From Anthoceros angustus (Eukaryota > Plantae > Anthocerotophyta), in assembly GCA_010909165.1 (NCBI GenBank), contig VJWM01000063.1, positions 434,001 through 498,000 of the forward strand: a stretch of 64,000 nucleotides of DNA, given 5' to 3'. Position 1 is the first letter of the stretch. Each line of letters opens with the position of its first letter. Below, one piece after another: positions 1-12,300 of the stretch. The position numbers were made by a program, and so were the translations under genes. The notes beneath the pieces were generated by a model. The model saw nothing but the letters and a program-made list of their open reading frames with translations. It was not told the DNA's origin and did not search any database.

Positions 1-3000
1 GGACCCCCAAGAAAGCAAAAAAAGGAATATGTATCTTTAGAAAAACTACTTGCAGACAAAGCGTGGCTACAGAAGAAAGCCTCAAAAAGAATGTCAAGAG
101 ATCTGGAGCTCAGTGCAGCCATTAAGAGACAGGTTTTTATATCGTTTTAGCTTCGTTTATTACAATCTTTGTTATGCAAGTTGTTTATATAATACGATTT
201 CAATTTCATTTTTACAATCAGATCTTGGAGGATATTAGGTACATGCAAACCAGGCTGCTACCTACTCAAAACCCGCGCTATTGTACTCGGCCTCCAAAGA
301 CTTTCAAGGTGCAAATGGTTGTACTTTTTGTAAAATGATAACATGTTTACTCATTAGCTGAGAAGCTTCATAAGTTCTGAAGTAACAAATTTTGTATGCA
401 TTAGGCATTGAGACTTTTTCAACTAAAGGTCACAGATGCTGGAGCTATGAGCTACCTCCTTGTAGATCCTCTATTAATTCAATTCTTAGGCTATGGTAGT
501 GTGACAGAATTTTTGAATTGCTAGTATGCCAAACCCATCCATCTTGTGTATGAGATTACATTAAGAATTAATTTAAAAACAAGAATGATTCACTAATATG
601 TTAGTTAAATGTTTGCAGAAATTGGGAAAAGTTATGTTGCTCAACTTCTACTACTAAACATGAGTCCTTGGAGTCAACGTCTAAGGTTTGATTCAATGAC
701 ATTGGTTCACTAATAAAACAAAAGGTTTTAAACAAAATATATATTAAATATAAATTTATACTAAAAATATAAAGATACAACTAAGTTTTATTTCTTTGAA
801 TGCAGGATCATTAAACCCCAGAGCAAGTCCTATTCCATGGCTTCAGATGAATTACCATTTCAAGGGAAGACACTCGGTCCCGGAACGACTTGTTCTTTTT
901 ATGTAACATTCAATCCTCGTAATACACATGAAGGTGAAGATTATATATTCGTGAAGACAGAGATGGATAAGATACGAATCCGACTCGTTGCTCACCAACC
1001 CTTACCTGCAGTCTTCAGTTTTCCAAAAAAAATCGATCTCGGAAATTGTTTGGTTGGACATGTTTCTTCCCGCACCTTTGCGATCACAGCCATGGGTGCT
1101 TGTGCAACATTTCGTCTACTTTTAGATTATCATTCATCCTCTCCTCCAACACACCAGTTAGATCCAGGAGTCGATATGATTTATGTATGTCACAACATAT
1201 TACTGTTCCCTCCTTTCATTGCTTATCCTTGTTCTTTAGAGTTACAAGCTGAGGAGACTGGAAATATCATTGTGTTGTTCAGACCTTCGGTAGCTGGAAA
1301 ATTCAATTATTTATTAAAGCTTGTTACGGATAGTGGAATTGAATGGAGAACCACAATATGCGGTTGTGCAGTAGATATGATAGTGGATTTTGCACATCTG
1401 GATACACGCCCATTTCGACCTGGAGAACTGGAGCTTGGGTTATGGATTGGAGAAGCTACTGTGTCCTCCAGTACTCAACGAGAGATAAGCGTAATCAACA
1501 AATGTAGTGTGAGTTTGCGATATTTCTGGAAGGTAATTAACATGCACCCCAAGCAAAAGGACAGGAATTGGGAAAGTGATACCATGACACACACATACGA
1601 GAAGGAGGTTTTCTCGATGATTCCATGTAATGGAATCTTGCTACCAGGTGCTGAAGGGGCAACTGTGATGAAGTTTGCACCGGCGGATGTAGTGGTGTAC
1701 AAATCTCGTGCAGCTTTGTATGTGGATACTCGACACTGCAGCTCCATTCATCTTGAAGATGCCTATCGCGAAGTGCTGGATGTTCTGAACCAGGTGGAAA
1801 CAAAGCTTAAGCTGACTAACGGACACACCGCGTTAACCCATAGGAAAGTGAGTTACACCGAGAATTACACTGGCCTCCGCCTTTGTGCCATGGAATCTGC
1901 CAGGGGTGGGATATTCAAGGTACTGGAGGTTGATATGATGGGTTCAGGTTCACCATTCGATGTGCAGCTATTTCCATCGGTGTTGTGCTCAGCAGGACTG
2001 TTAATGTTGGGTAAATTTCATCAGCACCAGGTTTGGATCAAAAATAACGGAATGACACCCATTTCCTTTGAATGGGATGTGATATGCAGGACCAGCCCTT
2101 ATTCAAATCTTGTGCAAGTGTCTCCCACGAGGGGTACAGTTGAGGCCATGTCAAGCCTGAAGATCTGTCTAACAATTCGAGGACGAAAAATTGGTGAGCT
2201 GCGACAGAATCTCTGCTGTGGGCTCCGAGATCCTAAAGGACTGTGCTTTACTCTGTCCTTGGAGGTTCAAGGTTTTGTGGAAGGTCCCGTAGTGACCATC
2301 GACGAACCGGTGCTCGATTTTGGGATAGTACAGGTCCGAAGACTAGACTTTGCTGACCCATGAGGCTGTCCTTTGACATGCTGTAATCACTTTTGATGAT
2401 ATAGGCAGACCAGGTCCTCCTATACATAATCATGTGGGTTGGTTGCAGGTGGCCTGTTTTTTGGATGAGTTCGCAACATTCACGGATCTGTGATATGGCT
2501 TGTACAGGTGAAGAGGCAGGGCGGCCTGAAGTTGAAAGTAACCAATCACGGTGGTGTTGCAGCAGTTTTTCAGCTATCTTTCACACCTCCACCTCCAGCA
2601 ACGGTCACCAATGCACCCTTGGCTTATCCTGGGTTCTGTAACTTTGTGAAACTGGACGAGACCAAGGGTATCGCAGACGAGAAGTTTAGGTCTGTCAGAC
2701 GAGAATTGCTGATGAAGGCAGGGGATGCTCTGCAGATGGGGGCCACATTGTTGCCCCACTTTGATCCAATGGGAGGTGAACCGGTGGCTTCTCAAATCGT
2801 GAAGCATGCTGCTGTCAGGCCTTCGGAGGAACAACCACTATCATTTGAGCCATGGTCTGGCTTGTTACCACCTCACAAAACGACGACAGTAGATGCCATT
2901 TTCAAGCCTGTTGTGTGTGGAAACTATCTGGCTACAGTTACATGTGTTGTAGCAGGTGGGCTTTCTCCTAGCCAGCATGTTGTGGCCACTGCCCGGGTTT

Positions 3001-6000
3001 TGGCTCCCAGAGCTTGTATTGTTCCTTCACGAGTGGAGACTGGAACCATCTATGTTGATGTCCTAGTCTCTAAGACTATCATACTTCGAAACATGTCAGA
3101 GTTACCTGTTTTCTTCTGTTGGTCTCTGGATGGCATTGGGGATGTGAAAGCTGTTGACGTACGCATCATACCACAGAAAGGGGAGGTGCCTCCATTGGAG
3201 GACTTGCAAATAGAGGTGCGGATGAACCCAAACATCCAAGGAGAGATGCAATATATTGCTACTTGTGATGTACAGGATATGGACACCTCGCCAATCGGAG
3301 TGGTGATAAGTGGTTACATTTGTGATGTGTGCTGCAGCTACTTTGTGACGAGGTTACCCACCACCAAACATTTGCAAAGCTTTGAAAGTCGACCTCGCTA
3401 TGATGGCAAGAGGGGCTGGGACCAGCGAGGGTGCTCACGAGAGGCAGCTACCTTGCATGGCTCCGGGGCAGCTTTGCCAATACCGTGCCTTGATTATGGG
3501 CGAAGATGTCCTCTGGGTATGGTTCACTCCATGAGGTTGAGTATCAGCAACGAATCAGCTGTTACAAGCAAAGTGAGTATAAATGTTGGGAAGTATAAAG
3601 TGAAGCAGATGGAAGAACCATTTGCACCGGAGGAAGTACTAGTCCTCTCACACCTATCAGGCAGATTAGGGTCGTTTCCGACAACTGATGTGGAGATTCG
3701 AGGTGGGCTCAAGGGAAGGGTTAAGAAGAGTCCAATCATAGGAACTTTTGATGACTTCCATCAAGTGTACTCATCCAGTTCTGGGTGGACAATGCTTTCA
3801 AGGCGAGTGGAGAGGAGCTTGCAAGAGAGCCTTGTCGAGGACGGTTGTGGGGTTTGTTTCTTGGTGTATCCTGTATGTAAAGGAGCACTGAAAGCATGGG
3901 GAGATTGGACGTGTGACGTATTATGCTTCAGTTTCTTGCCAGGGATTTACTCTGATCATCTCCATAGCAAGGTGCGTTCCTCGCAGCCTTTTGAGCTCAA
4001 GATTTATTGAGGAGGTATTGAACAGGTGTGAAGCTTACCAACTCTCATCTAACTGATTTCTTCCCCACGCAGGCTTACCCAGCTTCTTATTGAGAAGCTT
4101 TTGTTGTTGCTCCTTGGCTGCCTGATAATTATTTGTGACTCTCCTGACCGAAAGTCTTCCTCCCCATCTTTTGTGCTCCAGGTTGGTCCCTTGGACGTCG
4201 TGAAGATCCCCATAGAGATCGAAATCGTAGGGACTCCTCTGGTGATGAGGAAGAACTCCCTCGAGCCTGGCAGACTTTTCCACCTGACAGAACAACCTGG
4301 ACTGACTCTCACATGGACTGCTATGCCATCCGGATATCCTGTTTCATCTAAAGAGTTTCTGGTGGCTAATCTTTGTGCTTACGACATGGAGGTCAGCTGG
4401 CAGTTGAGAACACCAGCAGCTTCCTGGGACCTGGCCCAAGTCGACATGCACACACAAGAGGCGGAGGACAAGCTGCTGCACGTGATTTTGGACGACTACT
4501 TGGATCAAACTGATGGGACCGTCCACGTGTGTCTCGAATGTCAGACAGTGGGAGACATGGCTTGCTTCGCAGAATCTCTGGATCATATCTGTAAGATGGA
4601 TGATTACTCGGACAATGCATGGATCTCTGCTCTTCTCAACTTTGTGCCTGCCACAAAGGTTCGAGTCGAACTGCGTGAGCACATCGAGGCTGAAGGAGGT
4701 GCAGGGAGGGTGCACGTCACCTTGGACGAGAGGTGTGTGGACGCCGACGCAAGCTGTCCTTTCACCATTGCTCCATGTAAGCAAGTAAGAAACATCCTCC
4801 CTTCCTCACCAAGAATCCAGCGAAGCTTTCACACATGTTGCACATGCATACCTGATGTTTCCTTCTGTGGGCTTCTTCCTGACGGGTGCTCAGATTGTGC
4901 CCAGCAAAGGCGTGACCAGATTCACAGTCACTTTCTTCTCTGTGTTGGCCTCCGATTATGCCAGTATGTTACTGGGACACAGCAGGTTCACAGGCACAGA
5001 CATAAAACCAGAGACGTGTGCAGATATTCCAGATTCATCAAGCCAATGCTCAGGTTCAAGTGGTCTCCTTGTGCTCGCCGAGGAGGCAGATCCAAACCTG
5101 TATCCGTTGCCTCCCAGGACATCACCTACCAAGATCGATGACGCTCTGAGGCCCCGACGACCCAGGCCATTGAGGGTGTCTGCAGTTGGCACCATACTTG
5201 TCCCAAGGTGAGCTGTACCCAATCCCATCCACATCCATTTTCCTTTCCACCTTGAAAAGGAAGAAATTCTGAAGCAAGCATCGGTTCCCTCAGGTTGGTG
5301 ACAAGCGTGGATGACAGTCTGCACTTCAAGTACCCCATGACAGGACCCAACGACGGCAACCTGTACATGGTGTCAGCACTGCTTCTCACAAATCCATACC
5401 GCTGCAGCCTTGCCTTCACCGTCACTGCTACATCCCCGTTCCACATCATCGGACCTCTACGAGCCGGGATTTTCCAGCCAGTGGAACATGGCGAGGCTAT
5501 GCAGCTGCTGCCCATGCTCAAGAACCAGACCAAGCTCCAGTCTCTTAAATTCAACCTGCGTCCTGGCCGCACGCTTCAGCTCATCATGCGTTTCGACATA
5601 CCGGAAGTGCCTCTACCTCCGCCCGAGCCCACCACTCCAGAAACAGCGCCAGCACCCAGCACGACATCAGAAGTCCCTCCGGGCCAGCTTGAGGTGACAA
5701 AACGAAGCTCCAGACTTTCTTCTGCTGTGTCAAGCCCACCACTCGATCCTGAGAGCATCAAAGGGTCCCGGAAGGCTTCCAAGACCTCCCTTCCTGCTCC
5801 CAAGAACCTGGATGATAAGACAGCAAGGCCCTCAGCTGTCCTCAAGCCTGAGGAGGACGTGCCGCCCACCACAGATCCCGGAGCTGTGATGGACATCAAG
5901 CTCAAGGTAATGATCTGACACAACATGCAAATGCACATGCATGACACACCAACATGCAAACGCACATGCATGTCACGCCAACATCCAGAGGCAAATGCAA

Positions 6001-7768
6001 ATGACGATGGTGGTGGTGATGGCAGCCTCCCCGCTCAAACAGCGTCCTGGATCTAAAGGATCTGCTCATCAAATTCTCCGACACCTACCAGCAGCTGGTC
6101 CCATTGTGCGGGGAGCTGGTGTTCCCTGAGGTGCGGCTGCTCAAAAGCACGCTGTGGAATGCACCTCCCGAGGCACCGGCAGCAGCTCCTGAGGTGCCAG
6201 AAGGGGATCCCGCCAAGGAGGCCAAGCCAGACGCAAAGGAGGCAGGCAAAGGCAAGTCCAAGGCAAGAAAGGGTTCCACTCCGGCAACGCCACCTGCGGC
6301 AGCAGCCAAGAAGAAGGGCAACAAGCCTGCTGCTGGTGCTGGTGCTGTTCCAGAGGAGGAGGCAGGGGAAGCCATAGCTGACTTGAGCCCAGCCACCTGC
6401 TTACCAAATGCAGATGGTATCTGGGAACTCTGGTTCGGATCCGTCACCCTTGAGGTGTCTCAAACCTTCGAAGTGAGCATCATCAACCCCACCATTGCCC
6501 ACGCCTTCTGGGAAATTGCCTTGGATGGAACCAAAGAAGAGCCTTCCCCTTTCCTCGACCCACCGACTCCTCCCCCACCGCCCCCAAAGCGACGCCTCAC
6601 CCTTGCGGAGGTCAGTTTTTGCAACATATCTCTTATGTATTATTTTCAAAATAGAATTTAATATAATACAATACTTAATAAATAATATGTATATATATTG
6701 CTCTTTGCCTATTAACTAGAGTCTCAGATTTTTTTATCTCACACACAAGGGAAGCTAGTCTCACTAACATGGTAAACTAGCTTATTCAACAAGAGGATGG
6801 TCCTGGAAGCTAGTCTCACCAACATGGGAAACTAGCTTATTCAACAAGAGGATGTTATAGGAAGCTATTCTCACCAACATGGGGGAACCAACGTATTCAA
6901 AAAGAGGATGGTTTAGCCATTAATGGTCCTAATCCTATATGTATAAGTATTCTGTTAAATGTTATAATATTATGTTTGAGAAATTTTAGATCATGAGATA
7001 TCTTGTCTGACGCATTTCTTCTTTCATTGATTGGAGCTTCTATGAACTTGTTATTCAGAGGAAGATGTTGAGAAAACAATCGGTACATGGGCCTTATGAG
7101 AAATGGGAGTTACATAAAAAAGTCGGGAAGAATCCTCATGTGAATTTAAGGGAACTTCATGAAAGTTACAATATTGCACAGACTCTAGACAATGCAAATA
7201 AGTATACCATGGATACCCAATGGCCGTACAACTGGAGCAGGGCATTGGAAAAGGCTCGTAGAAAGTCTTCTCGTCGTTCATTATTCGATAGGGATCAGGT
7301 TAGTCTCCATCTTTGAATTTTTTAAAATAATTACTATAAATGATTAAAAGTGACTGTGTAGACTTTATAAATATGTACAGATGGGAAGATATGCAATGAT
7401 TGAAACATAACATGAAATGGATATGATATCAGGGAAATGAAGATGATGGAGATGGTTTGGATGAGGATGAAAATCAAATTTTCCACATTGATATATCTAA
7501 GGGTATGATACCTGGTAGAGAGCTCTCACAAAGAGAGCCCAACAAGCAAAGTTTTTTAGTCACGTTTTCTCCTAAAGAAAGTATCACTTACAAAGAGACA
7601 TATCATTTACAAGTGTACAAAGGTCACGGCTTTAAAATAATCTTTGAGGGCGTCGGCATTCCCCCAGTGGAACCAATAAATGAGACCATGATAAAAGAAG
7701 AAGAAATAGTAAAAGATACAAAGAAACCTACAAAAGATGCTAAGAAACCTAAAACAACTAAGAAGTGA
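1..7768 (+). CDS. DLEC1: DLEC1/CFAP81 cilia-associated protein (multiple ASH/Ig-like domains), 5'-partial, spliced
   Basis: Hand-spliced exons with GT-AG ends and consistent phases: <1-132, 222-308, 405-495, 619-685, 806-2333, 2508-3971, 4182-4784, 4894-5207, 5294-5906, 6095-6610, 7059-7298, 7433-7768 (stop). Motifs match DLEC1 as I recall it: QNPRY; IQFLGYEIGKSY..LLLLN; LGPGTTCSFYVTFNP..EDYIFVKT; IDLGNCLVG; VVTIDEPVLDFGIVQ; LPGIYSDHLHSKVG; C-terminal FLVTFSPKESITYKETY..FEGVG. Confidence 0.9.
6750..6914. repeat. 55-bp tandem repeat x3 in a DLEC1 intron
   Basis: Unit GGAAGCTAGTCTCAC(T/C)AACATGG..AACTAGCTTATTCAACAAGAGGATG starts at 6750, 6805 and 6860. Confidence 0.9.
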
Positions 7769-8412
7769 AATATCTTGCAAAATATGTCTAATTATATGCT
7801 AGTACATGCCCATCCTAATTTTATTAGAATGTCAATTACTATCCCTTCATGTAGTGGGAAATCTAAAAGGCTTCATGAAAGGAACTCCTTTTATAACAAC
7901 ATACATGACTTTTAATATGCACATAATTTCTACCTCTATTACAATGATTTAAGGTTGACTGTGTAGTTCCACAAGCATCCAATGATGTAAGTTTAAGAAG
8001 GAAGATGAGGATTTTTTTGTCAACAAGTTTAGGCTTATCGTTTTATCTCATTAAGAAGAAGAACAAGGTCTTGTCACAAAGTATAGACATGTTGATTCAC
8101 AGCCATCAATAATTAATTCGATACCATGGCTAGTATGCACAACTTAAGGAAATCATCATTTCAAGGTGGTTGCTGTAACAACAAAATCATCACATTTTCT
8201 ATCTACTAGACTACAAATGTAATTTCTAAAGCACATAGAATGATCGAAAAGATCTATTCTTTTGCAATATTCGTTGTATATAGTTGCATCCAAGTTTCAA
8301 TTATGCAAACTTTGCCATGTCATAACACAAAGCTGCATAAGTTTATATAATCTAAGAAACTCAATGTTTTTAAGAACATTGAAAAATGAATAATTTAAAA
8401 TAATATTATACA

Positions 8413-9549
8413 TCATTTTTTCGAGGGAGGTGTTGCAGCACCACCCGTAGTTGGAAGACCCACAGAAACCTTGAAAGCATCATATATGCCCCACTGAGCT
8501 CCTGTTAGTGTACCAATCATAACAATTCGCAAAGGGAGACCTCGAGTAAATAACCCCACAATCCCTATCTTGCTAACAGCTTCACCAATGGAAATACCCT
8601 TTTGGCTATTAAGCATGGATACCAAGTTGTCTGCTGGATGTGAAATAATGGCACAAAGGATTCCTGCAATATACCCAGCTGCAAAACTAACTGCTAGCTG
8701 GGTATTTTTAGAGCATTGTTCTTTGGGAGTGGGAACCACGTTCTTATATAAAAGCTCCACTGTGCTTTCAAAGCAACCAAACTTCATCATAGTGTAAGGG
8801 ATTTGACGTCCCCACAACGGTGCCAAACCTTTAAAGAGGCCACCATAACCTTCAGAAGCAACAAATTTACTGAAGCCATCTGAAAGACCGTTAGCAAAAC
8901 CGGGCTTGGTTTGTACTCGTACTTTTATAGCCTCGAAAGGGCACAGTGCAATATCTGCAATAAACTCAGCAGATGCTGATGCCGAAAGATAAACCAGAGT
9001 TTTATATTGCTTGAACACATCGGGTCCAACTATATCTGCATATTTGATCTTGAAAAACTCATAGAACCCAAATTTGCAAGCACCTTGTGAGCTGTAACCG
9101 AGAAGAGTAGGTACCCATCCTTTGAATAATCCTTTCACTCCTTGATCCTTTAGTATTATTTTGAAACTACCAGATACACTCTTGAACTTTTTGGGATCGA
9201 TTTGCATATTGCATTTGACAATATCTATTGGTGTAACTGCCAAGTGTGTTAGTCCACAACTTAGTACACCACCAACTGCACAAGCAGCATAAAACTCGGA
9301 GGAGCCTACAACAATCTTTCCTCCCTCGCTTGCAGCTGGAACCATGATTGTGCCACCTAGTGGATGTGTCTTCTTTGGGCTCGGATCTGCTGCAGTTCGA
9401 GCATACCTTTGGTGTCTGAAAGGATAATGGCCATGGATGGTATTAGTGGTGGACAAAAGCATGAGATCAGCTGTGGAGTATGGCATTGTGCCTCGCGTAT
9501 TATAGAGTTGAGATGGCATCCATTTGTGGCGATGTCTCAAGGACTCCAT
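8413..9549 (-). CDS. MPT3: Mitochondrial phosphate carrier (SLC25A3/PiC/PHT3 family), intronless
   Basis: Uninterrupted 378-aa ORF. Carrier signatures: GLTHLAVTPIDIVKCNMQIDP; KGWVPTLLGYSSQGACKFGFYEFFK; ADIALCPFEAIKVRVQT; PLWGRQIPYTMMKF; SHPADNLVS; GLPLRIVMIGTLTGAQWGIYD. Confidence 0.97.
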   Translation of the reverse strand: MESLRHRHKWMPSQLYNTRGTMPYSTADLMLLSTTNTIHGHYPFRHQRYARTAADPSPKKTHPLGGTIMVPAASEGGKIVVGSSEFYAACAVGGVLSCGLTHLAVTPIDIVKCNMQIDPKKFKSVSGSFKIILKDQGVKGLFKGWVPTLLGYSSQGACKFGFYEFFKIKYADIVGPDVFKQYKTLVYLSASASAEFIADIALCPFEAIKVRVQTKPGFANGLSDGFSKFVASEGYGGLFKGLAPLWGRQIPYTMMKFGCFESTVELLYKNVVPTPKEQCSKNTQLAVSFAAGYIAGILCAIISHPADNLVSMLNSQKGISIGEAVSKIGIVGLFTRGLPLRIVMIGTLTGAQWGIYDAFKVSVGLPTTGGAATPPSKK

Positions 9550-10652
9550 CCTTTACTGATCAGCATAAGTGAGTGAGACGTGTGGAAGTACTTTGAGACT
9601 CTTGAGCCCTAACCCAAAGGGTGGGCTTCGATGGAAACCGTGAGCCAAAGAAGTGGCGAAGCCCTAAAGAGTGTGATACTTCAACCGCCACTCCCGCCCG
9701 GCTCAACCGCCACTGCTTGGCCTTAGTTTAACGGAAAAAAAACTTGGTTGGTCCATACAGCTAGGGCAGAGCAGGCAGAGAGCTCTTGGTTCGGTCACAC
9801 AAAGTAGGAGGCTAGCAGGCCTACCGCATTCAGGGAGCAGCTAGCGCTATAGATTTCTTGGAGATTTCTGCAGCGAAGAATTTGTGAAAGGCTTGTTCAT
9901 ATAGTGACGCCAACCTATATCAATTGATCCTGCCTCAAGTGAAATCAACAGAATATTGTGAGAGCATTCCAAGAAGCTTACAAGTGCAAGCAATTGTGCG
10001 AGCATAATATTGTGAGAGCCAAGTTCCAATAACCTTACACAATTGCAAGCAATAACTGTCCAAATCCATGATCTTTGTGGTATGTAGTGCATGGAGAATT
10101 CACGGCTTGAAAGCAATGCTTGCATTCAAAGATTGTTGCAAATGACTTTTGCAAATTTGCATGTGTCCATGGCTTCTTGCAGGTTCACACATCTTCATGA
10201 AGACGGGACCTTGTATATGAGTCACATACATACCAAATCCATGGCAATGGAGTCACAAGAAGTTTGTAGGATGCTTTATGGCAAGCAAAATGTGAGAGCA
10301 GACCTAAAATTTTCCATGAATTGCGCAATGGCTGTGTCATGGAGAAGAAATTGTGCATCTGCAATTCAGATATGGAGGTTCCAAGGAAGTGACCTGTGTG
10401 TATAGAGTAGGTAGCTTGTAGATTTCTTGAGCAAGGGCTAATATCGAAAACTGACATGGCAAGTGTAGCGGTCAGTCATGATCAAGAGCCTGGCGGCGGC
10501 CATGGCAGCTTGTTATGCTCAGAATTATGTGCTGTGGCCTCTTCAAGGAGCGCTGTGTCTGCGCGTGACAGAGCATTAGAAGTGGTGGCACCACTCGGTG
10601 GCAGCAGGAAATTGGCTTCAGAACAGGCTACGGGTTTCTTGATCATAGAGAA

Positions 10653-11897
10653 ATGGCTCCTCCGGCGTCTGGGACGGATCTGGCACCAGTCACGCTTCCC
10701 AACCAGCAGTACATCAAGAAGGAGTATGACAAGGAGAGCTTCCAACGCCGCTACTCTCTCCGCAAGGCCACAGAGAGCGCACTCCGCGAGAGCCAGATGA
10801 TGGACGAGGTCCGCCGCAAGAGCACAGAGCTGAAGGAAGCCAAGGCACTGCAGGACGCGCTGAGGGAAAACAGGCGGCCGAGCTCCACAGGCTTCCGCAA
10901 GTCCTACCGGCGCATCTCCATCGCGAAGCCGATGCCGGCCCCCCGGGGCAGCCAGTTTCTGCAGGGCGTGCTGCACCCGGGGGCGGGCCCTAGGCAGAGC
11001 CGAGCTACCCTGGCGTGCGAGGCGCTAGCAGCAACAGGAAGGCCTAGCGTGTTTGTGAACCAGGCAGGGCAGACATCGCCGGTGAACATGGTGCCCTACC
11101 GTCCATCCGGGTACATCGACATCCCGCGGCCGAGCATCAAGCCGCCCCCGCCTCAACTGGACAATCTCAACCAGTCCTTGCCGTGGTCACGAGGAGGCTA
11201 TGGTGCGGGCTTGTACGCGGGGCAGCTCATGCAAGGCCTGTTTGCCAAGGACTGGGAGCAGGGCGGGCACGCACACAATTTCTGCGGGATGTGCCGGGGC
11301 TCAACCTGCGATGACATCCCGCAGTACTACGAGCAGGAGCCCGGGCGGCTGGCACGCCACAATGCCATCGTCGCGGCATTAGATGAATGGAACAAGCAAC
11401 GGCAGCTGAAGGCGGACATGACGCACCAGCTGTGCCGCCTCCACTCCATAGCCAAGACGAGGCGCCAGTTCCAGCTGATGCGCAAGCATGTCAAGTACCC
11501 TCCCGGCACGACCGGACTCGGGGACCCCGCCCTCCTGGCGCTCCAGCCTATCCTCTTCCCCGAGTCATGGCGAGACGATCACATCCAGGCAGATCTTGGG
11601 AAGGTGAAGGTGGACATGCTAGGCCATGTGGATGTGGGATGGCACCAGTTCGACTGCCCGCACTACATGTTTCCTTTGCTGCCCTGCTCGCGGGCTCGAC
11701 CTAACAAGCCGCCCGCCAGGCCCAAGGCTGACCTGCTGCTGGCTATGAAGCTCAACCCCACCGCCGATCCCATCCAACCCGCGGCCCCCGTCTCCGTCGA
11801 CATCCTCGATCTCGACCGCTTCGACCGCCGTCTCGAGGCCCGAGCATCTGTGTCTGCCAAGTCCACAATGTTCCAACCCAAGCATTTCAAGGGCTGA
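10653..11897 (+). CDS. Uncharacterised 414-aa protein, single GC-rich coding exon
   Basis: Long ORF with strong G/C-ending codon bias against AT-richer flanks. A possible 5'-UTR intron acceptor (gatcatag) lies 4 nt before the ATG. No family recognised. Confidence 0.7.
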   Translation: MAPPASGTDLAPVTLPNQQYIKKEYDKESFQRRYSLRKATESALRESQMMDEVRRKSTELKEAKALQDALRENRRPSSTGFRKSYRRISIAKPMPAPRGSQFLQGVLHPGAGPRQSRATLACEALAATGRPSVFVNQAGQTSPVNMVPYRPSGYIDIPRPSIKPPPPQLDNLNQSLPWSRGGYGAGLYAGQLMQGLFAKDWEQGGHAHNFCGMCRGSTCDDIPQYYEQEPGRLARHNAIVAALDEWNKQRQLKADMTHQLCRLHSIAKTRRQFQLMRKHVKYPPGTTGLGDPALLALQPILFPESWRDDHIQADLGKVKVDMLGHVDVGWHQFDCPHYMFPLLPCSRARPNKPPARPKADLLLAMKLNPTADPIQPAAPVSVDILDLDRFDRRLEARASVSAKSTMFQPKHFKG

Positions 11898-12300
11898 TGA
11901 TGTTCAAAACTGTGTTGGCAGTAAAAGCAAAGACCGACCACATCGAATTTATCTCACATCAAATCACACGTACATACAACCATGTTCTCCACGGTACTGC
12001 CCAAGAAATTCGGATTGAGCCCCACCATGCACATAACGTGGATCCAATTAGGTAGGTGCATAATCGGCTAGAACGAGAAGAAAAAAGTGCACAGTATAGA
12101 TCCGTAGAAAAATTCATAGAGCGCCTTTGGCCGAGTGGTTTAGGCCTGTGCCTGCCTTTTTTTCAGTCTGAGTATGTATACTTTATATTATTAGTAGTTT
12201 GGTGAAATATAGAGTAGGGGTATTTTTTTCTCTCTTTCTTATGAGTCTATGACAAAAATTCATTGGACTTGAGTATACTTTTTCTTCTTCTACATGGCTT

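Noticed and set aside
6750-6914. Short repeat arrays (also 26551-26700, 28920-29075, 46850-46960) as CRISPR-like
   Set aside because: Head-to-tail units with no unique spacers and no cas genes, in eukaryotic context.
12121-12160. tRNA-like TGGCCGAGTGGTT.AGGC
   Set aside because: Only an A-box/D-arm-like stretch; no anticodon arm, T-loop (GTTCGA) or acceptor stem follows.
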